Below, one piece after another: positions 1-7,731 of a stretch of DNA of 11,382 nucleotides. The position numbers and the translations under genes are program-made. Source of the DNA: Armatimonadota bacterium (GTDB lineage: Bacteria > Armatimonadota > Armatimonadia > Armatimonadales > Armatimonadaceae); contig JAYUUO010000164.1 of the NCBI GenBank assembly GCA_043754515.1, positions 1-11,382 on the forward strand, given 5' to 3'. Under the pieces are notes generated by a model. That model saw nothing but the letters and a program-made list of their open reading frames with translations, did not search any database and was not told the DNA's origin. The first letter of the stretch is position 1; each line of letters begins with the position of its first letter.

Positions 1-579
1 CGGTTCGCGGTGCCGACGCCGGTTGCATCGGTGCCTCTTTCCTGGTCGCAAGGGCAGGTAGATGATTTGGCGAAGAAGCTTGGCACTTTGCAAAGCGAAA
101 CGGCTTTAGTGGTGCCCGACCCCGTGAAGATCGGCTTCGATCTGAACAGCGGGCGGGTGGAACCGGCTAAGGCGTATGTGACGGCTATCGAGTATCACGA
201 CACGCAGATCGCGCGGGGGATCTTGGGGCAAGATATGACGACGCAAGGCAACACGGGAAGCCTGGCTTCGGCGGTGGTGCAACAGGATGTTTTGACGGAC
301 TGGGTGCAGGGGTTGCGGTCGGATATTGCGGGCGCGGTGTCGAGCCAGGTCTGCGGGCGATTGTGTGAGCTTCTTTGTGGTCCTGGCGTCGCGGCTCCGG
401 TGCTGTCTTTCCCGAACCTTTCCGGCGTCGAGCTTGCCGTCAGAAGGGAACTTATATCGGCTATGGTTACGGGTGCGGTGGTCGCGCCTGGCGAGGGTTG
501 GATCAGGGATTATCTCGGATTGCCGGAAAAACCTGCGGCAGGTTTGTTCCCGGAAGCGTCCACGGGGGTTAATTCTTGA
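1..579 (+). CDS. Phage portal protein, Mu gp29/DUF935-like, C-terminal part (5' truncated by window edge)
   Basis: Frame is open from base 1 (RFAVPTPV..., resembling the ERFGxP motif). It contains QIARGILGQDMTT-x4-GSLA...QQDV...D...IAGAVSSQ...L..L..G...P...F, the pattern I recognise from DUF935/Mu gp29 portals (ISKAILGQTLTT..GS.A.G.VH). Confidence 0.75.
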   Translation, partial: RFAVPTPVASVPLSWSQGQVDDLAKKLGTLQSETALVVPDPVKIGFDLNSGRVEPAKAYVTAIEYHDTQIARGILGQDMTTQGNTGSLASAVVQQDVLTDWVQGLRSDIAGAVSSQVCGRLCELLCGPGVAAPVLSFPNLSGVELAVRRELISAMVTGAVVAPGEGWIRDYLGLPEKPAAGLFPEASTGVNS

Positions 580-980
580 GCGTAATTGTCGGGGTTTCTA
601 CGGCTCGTGGTTTGGCTATCGCGGCGGCGGTGGCGAAGTCGTACAGTTTGACGGGTTCGACGTATGGTTACCATCGTACCGGGCTTTCTTTATTCATCAA
701 AGGAAAGCTTTCGATGGCACCGTTCGCGGACACTGCATCGCACTTTGACAAAGTGGAAACGGCGACCTGGTTAAAACCGGCCTATCTGCTCAAAGTGGCG
801 GGCTATTTTACGCCGAGTGGTCCGGCTTTGCTGGACGACATGGCGGAACTGCCTTCATCAAATCGCTCAAGCCCTGGCGCCGCTGAGCTTGTCTCTTACC
901 GCGTCCGTGGCATCTTTTATGATGTGCTCGGCGACGTGGTTATTACTACGCGCCTTTATCTGGCGCGGATCGGACCTTAG
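576..980 (+). CDS. Hypothetical phage protein (134 aa), possibly head-completion/adaptor-like
   Basis: The TTG start overlaps the portal stop (TTGA). It lies co-oriented between portal and endolysin and has a beta-strand-like C-terminus (YRVRGIFYD...TTRLYLARI). The function is a guess from position only. Confidence 0.5.
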   Translation: MSVIVGVSTARGLAIAAAVAKSYSLTGSTYGYHRTGLSLFIKGKLSMAPFADTASHFDKVETATWLKPAYLLKVAGYFTPSGPALLDDMAELPSSNRSSPGAAELVSYRVRGIFYDVLGDVVITTRLYLARIGP

Positions 981-1011
981 GTAGGACTATGGAAAAAAGG
1001 AGAAAAACCGA

Positions 1012-1518
1012 ATGACGGACGATGAGTTGTTGGCGCGGAACGGGGCGATGCTAACGCAGTGTCATCCGTTCATTCGCGAGAAGGTGGCGGCGGTGCTCGG
1101 CGACTTGTCGGGGCACGGGTACCGCCCGCGCATCCAGCAGGCGTGGCGCTCGGCGTCGGAGCAGGCGGGGAATGTTTCGCGGGGGGTGTCGAAGGTGTCA
1201 TGGTCGTATCATATGGCGGCGGGGGCGGGGGGGGTGCCGGAGTCGCTCGCGGCGGATCTCGTGGACGATTCCGACCCGACCCAGGCGGGGTCCGGGGCGG
1301 ACCGTTTCTTTCTGATGCTGTCGGGTTCGGCGTGGGGGCACGGTCTGAATACGGGCGTGTTGTGGGGCTTGTCGGCGGGTGAGCGTAGCGTTTTGATCGC
1401 GGCGGTGTCGGGGAAGGACTGGGGGAATGGTTGCGCCCTGGGCTGGGACGCCGGTCACGTGGAGGTGCGCGGGATCAGCCTGGGGGCGGCGAAGCGCGGC
1501 GTTCGGGTCGCGCCTTGA
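1012..1518 (+). CDS. M15-family zinc peptidase (L-Ala-D-Glu peptidase-like), probable phage endolysin
   Basis: Strong RBS (AAAGGAGA) before ATG. Motifs: LTQCHP, R-S-x-x-EQ, SYH...A-A-D and WD-x-x-HVE, matching M15C Zn ligands H/D/H and catalytic residues. The spacer between H and D is longer than usual. Confidence 0.8.
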   Translation: MTDDELLARNGAMLTQCHPFIREKVAAVLGDLSGHGYRPRIQQAWRSASEQAGNVSRGVSKVSWSYHMAAGAGGVPESLAADLVDDSDPTQAGSGADRFFLMLSGSAWGHGLNTGVLWGLSAGERSVLIAAVSGKDWGNGCALGWDAGHVEVRGISLGAAKRGVRVAP

Positions 1519-1570
1519 CGAGGGGCTAACGGCGCGGATCGCTCGTATACTCATTCCTGCGTCAAATTGT

Positions 1571-1605
1571 GTTTGGGGGGGAGTGGTTCCAGCACCCCCC
1601 CGAGC
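1571..1605 (+). terminator. G7/C7 stem-loop downstream of the endolysin, possible terminator
   Basis: GTTT-GGGGGGG (1571-1581) can pair with CCCCCCC-GAGC (1595-1605) using G.U pairs. There is no clear U-tract. Confidence 0.3.
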
Positions 1606-1839
1606 AAAGCAGATAGGTCAGTATCTCCCATGCCCACGACAATAGCTGCCTCCACGTCGCCAGTATACGCTTCTTCTCTTTAAGTTACGCAAATAAGTCG
1701 AGTTCTCACCGGGTGTTCCGTCGTCGCGCGTTAGTCTGTACTCTTATTGGGAACAAATTATACGCGGGTTTGTCTTAGTACCAACTTTGGGTATATACCA
1801 GACGATAAAAACGGCGGGGAACGAGAAAAGAATAGTAAA

Positions 1840-2027
1840 CGTTAGGAGTTACGCGGTTGGTGGTTTCGGATGACCGGATTTGTCCGTCCCACCCGCAAGC
1901 GGGTACTTGACGTCCGGCTACGAAGTAGCCTGGACAGGCAATCGTCAAAACTTGTTTTGACTGTGCTTGTTTCGCCGATGACGTGGGTTGCAACCCGTGT
2001 TCTTAACGAACCGCTTAACTCCTAACG
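1840..2027 (+). ncRNA. Structured ~188-nt non-coding element, copy 1 (candidate ncRNA or MITE-like element)
   Basis: Ends are an 18/19 inverted repeat (CGTTAGGAGTTACGCGGTT 1840-1858 / AACCGCTTAACTCCTAACG 2009-2027). Internal hairpins: ACCCGCAAGCGGGT, GGCTAC-GAA-GTAGCC, GTCAAAAC-TT-GTTTTGAC. About 86% identical to the reverse complement of 2613-2785. Confidence 0.55.
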
Positions 2028-2127
2028 CTTGGCATGGTTTGCTAGCGAATCTGTCAACATGATCAATATCGCGAACTTTCGACCCGATGTAAAGACGCCC
2101 GTGTCCTTAGAAATAGTATCCCATCCC

Positions 2128-2556
2128 ATGATAGCTTCCACCGAAACATTCGCCGACGCCTTCGTCGGTCCCACCAAGATCGCCGACCAGTCGGGCTTCA
2201 GTTTGCAATTCACGATACACCGGGACGGGGCGTTGTTACTCCTGAACCTGTGCGGCGAACTCGACCTGCATACCTGTGGCCCGCTACGAACCGCGCTCAT
2301 TGAGGCTCTACGCGATAGTAGTTGCACCGACCTCGTCGCCGACATGAGCAGGCTGACGTATCTGGATTCGGGCGGCGTCGGGATCTTCGTCAATGCCATG
2401 CAGTTGCTCCAGCCACGCACCGGTCGCGTCTACCTTGTCGCCTGCCTGCCGCTCGTGAAGCGCATCTTGTCGGTAACACGCCTGAGCCGAATATTTTGCC
2501 TGCGTGACTCGCTCGACGAAGTTCATGCCTCGCCGCGTATGAACGCGGCCGTGTGA
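2128..2556 (+). CDS. STAS-domain anti-sigma-factor antagonist (RsbV/SpoIIAA-like)
   Basis: L.GELDLHT...LR..L......LVADMSRLTYLDSGGVG.F......G.VYL......VKRIL.VTRL..IF is the canonical STAS anti-anti-sigma pattern with the phosphorylatable D-S-x-G serine. Start is uncertain: ATG 2128 is chosen, and the ORF extends upstream to 2029. Confidence 0.88.
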   Translation: MIASTETFADAFVGPTKIADQSGFSLQFTIHRDGALLLLNLCGELDLHTCGPLRTALIEALRDSSCTDLVADMSRLTYLDSGGVGIFVNAMQLLQPRTGRVYLVACLPLVKRILSVTRLSRIFCLRDSLDEVHASPRMNAAV

Positions 2557-2592
2557 TACGGGGCCTTTTCTTGCCCCTCCTATATCCTCCCT

Positions 2593-2804
2593 GCCCGCCC
2601 CGAATATAGTACGCGATTCGTCAAGAAACGCGAGTTGAAACCCACGTCATCGGCGAAACAAGCACAGTCAAAACTTGTTTTGACGATTGCCTGTCTAGAC
2701 GCGTTCCACGCTGGACGTCGGGTACCCGCTTGCGGGTGGGACGGACAGACCCGGGCATCCGAAACCGCCAACCGCGTGACTCCTATCTATATTCGTTAGC
2801 GGGC
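2593..2804 (-). ncRNA. Structured non-coding element, copy 2 (inverted relative to copy 1)
   Basis: The reverse complement of 2613-2785 aligns to 1843-2014 with 24 differences in 173 columns (hand count). It has its own, different terminal stem: CGAATATAG 2601-2609 / CTATATTCG 2787-2795 and GCCCGC 2593-2598 / GCGGGC 2799-2804. Confidence 0.55.
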
Positions 2805-2820
2805 CGGGAGCGGTTGTTCC

Positions 2821-3735
2821 TCAAACGGCGGGAGGGACTAGAGGGATCCCGTACTCAATCAGCGCGGCATCCACGACGCGCTCCTCTGTCCCAGTTAGCT
2901 CAACGAGCGGCAGGCGCACGCCGCCGACCCCTTGCCCGATCCGCCACAGAGCGTACTTGAGTGGGGATGGCGACGGTGCGCTGAACACGGCGCGGGTGAG
3001 CGGCAGGGTGCGCAGGAACAGCCGCAGTGCCCCCGACGGGTCGCCCGCGAACCACGCCTCACATGCGTTTCGCAGATCAACGCCGCACAGGTGCGATACC
3101 ACCGAGATCACGCCCGCGCCGCCGAGGGCGAGCGTCGGCAACACTGTCGCGTCGTCGCCGGTGTAGATGTCGAAAGTGTCCGGCGTGGTTCGGGTGATTT
3201 CGGCGACCTGCGCGAGGTTCGCGGACGCTTCCTTCGTTGCCACGATATTCGGCACGTCCTTCGCCAGTCGCGCCGTGGTGATCGCCTCAATGTTGGTGAT
3301 CGTACGTCCCGGCACGTTATACAAAATCACCGGGAGCGGCGTGGCTTCGGCGACGGCGCGGAAGTGCCGGTACAAACCTTCCTGCGACGGCTTATTGTAA
3401 TACGGCGCGACGGCGAGTAGCGCGCCCGCACCGGCCTCCATCGCGCGGACGGCGGTCTTCACGACCGCGCGGGTGTCGTTCCCGCCCACCCCCGCGATGG
3501 TCTTTTCTTTGCCTATAGCTGTCGCGACCACGCGCACCATCTCGTATTTCTCGTCCCCGTCCGTGGTCGGAGACTCGCCCGTGGTGCCGTTAACGACCAG
3601 CGAATCGGAGCCGTTCGCGAGCAACCAGCGTGCCAGCCGCTCGGCGCGGGGGAAATCAACCGCGTCCGCCGCGTCGAACGGCGTCACAATCGCCGTCACC
3701 ACCCTGCCCCACCGCCCGTTCATTCCACGTAACAT
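2821..3735 (-). CDS. dapA: 4-hydroxy-tetrahydrodipicolinate synthase
   Basis: TAIVTPF, GTTGESPT, IAGVGGNDT, APYYNKPSQEGLYRHF, ILYNVPGRT, Schiff-base Lys in IVATKEAS, YTGDD, GVISVVSH, P.PLKYAL and RLPL. An alternative start is at 3723 (MNGRWG). Confidence 0.95.
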   Translation of the reverse strand: MLRGMNGRWGRVVTAIVTPFDAADAVDFPRAERLARWLLANGSDSLVVNGTTGESPTTDGDEKYEMVRVVATAIGKEKTIAGVGGNDTRAVVKTAVRAMEAGAGALLAVAPYYNKPSQEGLYRHFRAVAEATPLPVILYNVPGRTITNIEAITTARLAKDVPNIVATKEASANLAQVAEITRTTPDTFDIYTGDDATVLPTLALGGAGVISVVSHLCGVDLRNACEAWFAGDPSGALRLFLRTLPLTRAVFSAPSPSPLKYALWRIGQGVGGVRLPLVELTGTEERVVDAALIEYGIPLVPPAV

Positions 3736-4234
3736 TATGTATGCAAAGCCTTTGCGAGTCGAAAGATTCGGGAACGGAGGTTCCCTAGTGTCGGTATACG
3801 CCGGGCGACGGGGTGGCGCAACCTATACTGATTTTTTGTTGCGTCGGGCGTCGGGTCGGTGGGCTTGTCGGTTGTTGCGGGTAGCGGCTGGCTTGTGTGT
3901 GGTCGCGTATCCCTCTCCGCAATCTACCGCAAGTGCCCCATGTGCAAGCGTTTTTCGCGGCGAAAATACGGACATGGAGAAAGGGGGAGTCCATCCGAGC
4001 GTCGTCGGCGGGCGCGAGGGTGTGCTGGTGGGCTTGCCGTCCCGCGCACATCCCACGCACGCCCCGCGACGACCACCCCGCGCACTCGCAACCCGCGGGA
4101 GCGATGCCCCCGCGACAACACCCGCAACCAGACCGCATCCTCGCGTTTCTACATCGTAGCGCGCCACCCCAACGGCGCGGCACATCGAAGAAGGCGGCTC
4201 CCGAGAAGAAACGGCCCGTCCGAGAAAGTAGCGC

Positions 4235-4978
4235 ATGATCGAAGCGGATAACCTCCAGAAATACTTCACCGACCCAAAAACCAAAAACATCGTTCGCGCC
4301 GTGGACGGCGTGTCGTTCTGTGCCAAACCGGGCGAAATCTTCGGACTGCTCGGCGCGAACGGCGCGGGCAAGAGCACTACCATCCGAATGCTGGCCACGA
4401 TCCTGGAGCCGACCGGCGGCTCGGGCACCGTGAACGGCTACGATATACGCACCGATAGCGCGAAGGTGCGGGCGAGTATCGGCTACCTGACTGGTACCGC
4501 CGCGCTCTACGAGCGGCTGACGGCGCGCGAAATGCTCGTCTACTTCGGCGAACTATTCAACATGGAACCCGCGCGCCTCCAACGGCGGATCGAAGACCTC
4601 ACCGAGATCCTGGAGATGCACGAGTTTCTCGACCGGCGTTGCGATAAACTTTCCACGGGACAGCGGCAACGCACCTCCATCGCCCGCTCCATTTTGCACG
4701 ATCCGCCGGTGTTGTTCTTCGACGAGCCGACGTCCGGGCTGGACATCATGGCCGCGCGGACCGTGGTTCGCTACATCCGGCGGGCGCGGCAGGAGGGCAA
4801 GACGATTCTGTTTTCGACACATATAATGAGCGAAGTGGAGGCGATGTGCGACCGCGTCGCGGTGGTACACGGCGGCAAACTGGTCGCGCTGGGCACGCTT
4901 GCGGAGCTACGGGATCGCACGGGCGGGACGACATTCGAGCAGGTGTTTCTGCGCCTGATCGGGGAACCGGAGAATTAA
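4235..4978 (+). CDS. ABC transporter ATP-binding subunit, NatA-like (ABC-2 exporter)
   Basis: Walker A GANGAGKST, signature LSTGQRQR, Walker B LFFDEPTSGLD and H-loop FSTHIMSEVE. The LSTG and FSTHIMSEVE variants are typical of NatA-like ATPases. Confidence 0.92.
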   Translation: MIEADNLQKYFTDPKTKNIVRAVDGVSFCAKPGEIFGLLGANGAGKSTTIRMLATILEPTGGSGTVNGYDIRTDSAKVRASIGYLTGTAALYERLTAREMLVYFGELFNMEPARLQRRIEDLTEILEMHEFLDRRCDKLSTGQRQRTSIARSILHDPPVLFFDEPTSGLDIMAARTVVRYIRRARQEGKTILFSTHIMSEVEAMCDRVAVVHGGKLVALGTLAELRDRTGGTTFEQVFLRLIGEPEN

Positions 4979-4981
4979 ACT

Positions 4982-6187
4982 ATGAAACCGTTATGGCAGG
5001 TCATTTTCTTGAAAGAGATTCGCGAGGTGTTCCGCGACGGGCGCACCCGCTTCAACACGATTATCTCCCCGCTCCTGATCACCCCGATTCTGTTCGCCCT
5101 GCTCGGCGTCATGATACGAAACGAGGTCAGTAGCGCGATGAAGGAGACCGTGCCGGTGGCGTTCGTGGGCGTGACAGCCTCTAGAACGCTGTCGGACCTG
5201 CTCAAAGTGTCGCCGACCACGGATCGGCTTCAGGTCACTTACGCGGGTTCCGCCGCCGAAGCGGAGACGCTGGTGCGAACGAAGGCGGTCCGCGCCGCGA
5301 TGATCTTCCCGCCCGACTCACAATCCGCGCTGGATGACGCGCGCCTGCTACGCGTGACGTTGCTCTCGGATCAGGGCCGGGGGACGTCGTCGGAGGCGGC
5401 GCGCCGCCTGCAAGCCTTTCTCGACGAACGGTCGGCGCGGCTGGTCGCCTTGCGCTTACAAGAGAACGGGCTGTCGCAACAGCTCGCGACCCCGTTCAAA
5501 ACGGTGGAGACGAATATCAAGGGCGGGGCGTCGGCCGGTACCGCCCTCGTGACGATGATCCTGCCGTATATGCTCGCCATCTACGCCATTATCGGCGGGG
5601 CGTTTCTGGCGAACGACACGGTGGCGGGCGAGAAGGAGCGCGGGACACTGGAGACGCTACTGGTCTCCCCGGCATCCCGGCGCGAGATCGTGACCGGCAA
5701 GTTTCTGGCCGTGACCACGGTCGCTATGATCGGCGGGATGCTGTCCGTGGTAGGATTCATCGTGCCGTTCTATCTGAAGATATCCGCCTTCACCTGGATC
5801 GCGAAGTCGGGCATCACGCTGACGTTCACTGGGATCTCCGCGATGTTTCTGGTCATGATCCCGCTCGCCGTGATGGGCGCGGGGGTGCTACTGACCGTCT
5901 CGACGTTCGCACGCAACCAGCGCGAGGCGCAGTCGTACCTCGCGCCCGTGATGGTCGTGACCACGATGTGCGCCATGATGTCGCTCACGCTCAAATCGGA
6001 GTCGCCCTTGTACTGGGCCGTTATGCCGATCACGAACGCCGCGCTGGTGCTTAAACAAGCACTGGAAGGCGTCTGGAACCCCGGATTCGTGCTGATCGCC
6101 TGTATCACGTCGCTCGTGTACGCCGTTATCGCGGTGCTGTTCGCCGCCCGCTCATTCCAGAAAGAAAGTATTCTGCTCAAAGCATGA
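4982..6187 (+). CDS. ABC-2 type permease, NatB-like
   Basis: IFLKEIREVFRDGRT N-terminus, one TM helix, a large extracytoplasmic domain, then AGEKERGTLETLLVSP.SR.EIV.GKFLA, FARNQREAQSY and several further TM helices. Confidence 0.9.
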   Translation: MKPLWQVIFLKEIREVFRDGRTRFNTIISPLLITPILFALLGVMIRNEVSSAMKETVPVAFVGVTASRTLSDLLKVSPTTDRLQVTYAGSAAEAETLVRTKAVRAAMIFPPDSQSALDDARLLRVTLLSDQGRGTSSEAARRLQAFLDERSARLVALRLQENGLSQQLATPFKTVETNIKGGASAGTALVTMILPYMLAIYAIIGGAFLANDTVAGEKERGTLETLLVSPASRREIVTGKFLAVTTVAMIGGMLSVVGFIVPFYLKISAFTWIAKSGITLTFTGISAMFLVMIPLAVMGAGVLLTVSTFARNQREAQSYLAPVMVVTTMCAMMSLTLKSESPLYWAVMPITNAALVLKQALEGVWNPGFVLIACITSLVYAVIAVLFAARSFQKESILLKA

Positions 6188-7731
6188 TCTCCCGACAAAT
6201 CACAATCTCCCGACTCTGTAGTTCGCTGATTCTCGCCGCCACGGTGGCACTGCCCGCGCACGCCGCGCCGCCGACCGCCGCACCGCCGACCGCCGCACCA
6301 CCGACCGCCGCACCGCCGACCGTGGCACCGCGTGGCGAAGCGGCGCGGCTGTCGGACGCTTCGCCCGCCGTCCGCGCCCGCGTCTTCGACCTCGTCTGGC
6401 GCACCGTGCGCGATAACCACTACGACCCCAAAATGAACGGCGTGAACTGGGTCGCGGTTCGCGCCAAATACCTGCCCCGCGCAAAGGCGGCGCGGGGCGA
6501 AACGCCGTTCTACGCCGTGCTGAACGAGATGCTGGGTGAACTGAAGCAGTCGCACCTGGGCGCGATCCCGCCCGAATCGCTCCGCGCGGCGGAGGATGTC
6601 GGCACCGCGCCCGCTAAACCGGGCGGGAATACCGCGCCCGACGGTTCCGCCACGAAGGGCGCGTTCCCGAGCACGGGCGGTGTTGCCGGCGAAACCGGCA
6701 TCACCGCCGAGTTGATTGACGGCGAGACGGTCGTGGTTCGGGTCATCGCCGGGGAAGCGGGCGCGGAGGCGGGCGTGAAACCCGGCGACCTGATCATCGC
6801 CATCAACGGCAAGCAGGTCGCCCCCGTCCTCCGCAAGATGACACAGAGCAAGTTGGTCCGGTATCCCGGCGAGGAGCGCGTTCTGGTGTGGGCGACTATG
6901 GAATCGCTCCTCGCCGGGTTCGTCGGCAACCCCTACACGCTGACGGTGAAGAACCCCGCCGCGATCAAACAAATGCCGACGGTGAACGACCCCGTCGGTG
7001 CCGAACGATCGCTGGCGGTGACGATTGCCGCGGGCGACGCACGCACGGTCACGGTGACCCCGCGCAAGACCACGGCGCAGATGATTTCGTTCGCCGCGCT
7101 CCCGCCCCTCGCGGCGAGCATCGAGACGCGCACGCTCGCGGGCGGCATCGGGTATATACGGTTCTCGATCTTCCTGCTACCGCTCTCGGAGCCGATCAAG
7201 GACGCCATCCACGGGTTCGCGGCACGGAAGGCACCGGCGGTGATACTCGATCTGCGGGGGAACCGGGGCGGGATCGGGGCGATGGCGAGCGGGCTATCCG
7301 GGACTCTGGTGGCGAAAGAGACCAACATGGGCAACATGAAGACGCGCTCGTATGCCCAGACGTTCATCGCCTACCCGCAGGAGCCTACATACACCGGGCG
7401 CGTCGTGGTACTGACCGACGAAGGGAGCATCAGCACCTCCGAGATCATGGCGGCGGGGCTACAGGAGATGAAGCGGGCGACGGTGATCGGGCGGCAGACG
7501 GCGGGGATGGCACTCCCCTCGCAGATCGTCACGCTCCCGGACGGTGGGCGGCTCCAGTACGTTTTCGCGGACTTCCGAACGCCAAAAGGGGTGTTCCTGG
7601 AAGGGCGCGGCGTGACACCCGATATACCGGTCACGGTCTCGCGCGCCACGCTATCCGCGTCCCCGAGCGGCGACCCGATCCTGGACACCGCCCTCCAATT
7701 CCTACAAACGAAAGAAAAAACGAAACAATAA
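6184..7731 (+). CDS. Secreted S41-family peptidase with PDZ domain
   Basis: Signal peptide ending in AHA. Motifs: VW..VRDNHYDP.MNGVNW, ELKQSH, PDZ (A..AGVKPGDLIIAING), IGYIRF..F, ILDLRGNRGG, catalytic-Ser motif SISTSEI, and EGRGVTPD. The start overlaps the permease stop (ATGA). Confidence 0.9.
   Translation: MISRQITISRLCSSLILAATVALPAHAAPPTAAPPTAAPPTAAPPTVAPRGEAARLSDASPAVRARVFDLVWRTVRDNHYDPKMNGVNWVAVRAKYLPRAKAARGETPFYAVLNEMLGELKQSHLGAIPPESLRAAEDVGTAPAKPGGNTAPDGSATKGAFPSTGGVAGETGITAELIDGETVVVRVIAGEAGAEAGVKPGDLIIAINGKQVAPVLRKMTQSKLVRYPGEERVLVWATMESLLAGFVGNPYTLTVKNPAAIKQMPTVNDPVGAERSLAVTIAAGDARTVTVTPRKTTAQMISFAALPPLAASIETRTLAGGIGYIRFSIFLLPLSEPIKDAIHGFAARKAPAVILDLRGNRGGIGAMASGLSGTLVAKETNMGNMKTRSYAQTFIAYPQEPTYTGRVVVLTDEGSISTSEIMAAGLQEMKRATVIGRQTAGMALPSQIVTLPDGGRLQYVFADFRTPKGVFLEGRGVTPDIPVTVSRATLSASPSGDPILDTALQFLQTKEKTKQ
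6262..6321 (+). repeat. 4 x 15-bp tandem repeat encoding (AAPPT)4 linker after the S41 signal peptide
   Basis: GCCGC(G/A)CC(G/A)CCGACC repeated four times in frame. Confidence 0.9.

Noticed and set aside
1571..1605. tRNA fragment or prophage att site near GGAGTGGTTCCAGCACC
   Set aside because: There is no cloverleaf or T-loop consensus and no partner direct repeat in the window.
1840..2027. Integron attC site (GTTAGGA...TCCTAAC ends)
   Set aside because: The core sites are in the wrong order for attC (RYYYAAC...GTTRRRY), the element is too long, copy 2 lacks these ends, and there is no integrase or cassette array.
2715..2775. c-di-GMP-I riboswitch-like string (hairpin followed by GGGACGGACAG) in copy 2
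   Set aside because: It lacks the GCAAAC/GNRA tetraloop-receptor arrangement, lies on the strand less favoured by the G.U covariation, and points away from any downstream gene.
3736..4000. Lysine riboswitch upstream of dapA
   Set aside because: Expected from context, but I could not find the conserved lysine-riboswitch core (AGAGGUGC...GCCGAA...ACUGUC) on the minus strand.
3473..4428. Several ORFs spanning the dapA-ABC intergenic region (3473..4159, 3785..4183, 3823..4428, 3859..4251)
   Set aside because: They overlap real genes or are Arg/Pro/Gly-rich with no recognisable domain, which is typical of shadow ORFs in GC-rich DNA.
5770..6972. 400-aa minus-strand ORF
   Set aside because: It is the antisense shadow of the permease and S41 genes. 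Its GGRRC repeats simply mirror the AAPPT repeat.
6888..7730. N-terminal 281 codons of the 566-aa ORF 6888..8588
   Set aside because: It overlaps the S41 gene in another frame and is low-complexity Arg/Gly-rich. The real protein begins at ATG 7731 with a signal peptide and a TAATG coupling. There is no sign of programmed frameshifting.
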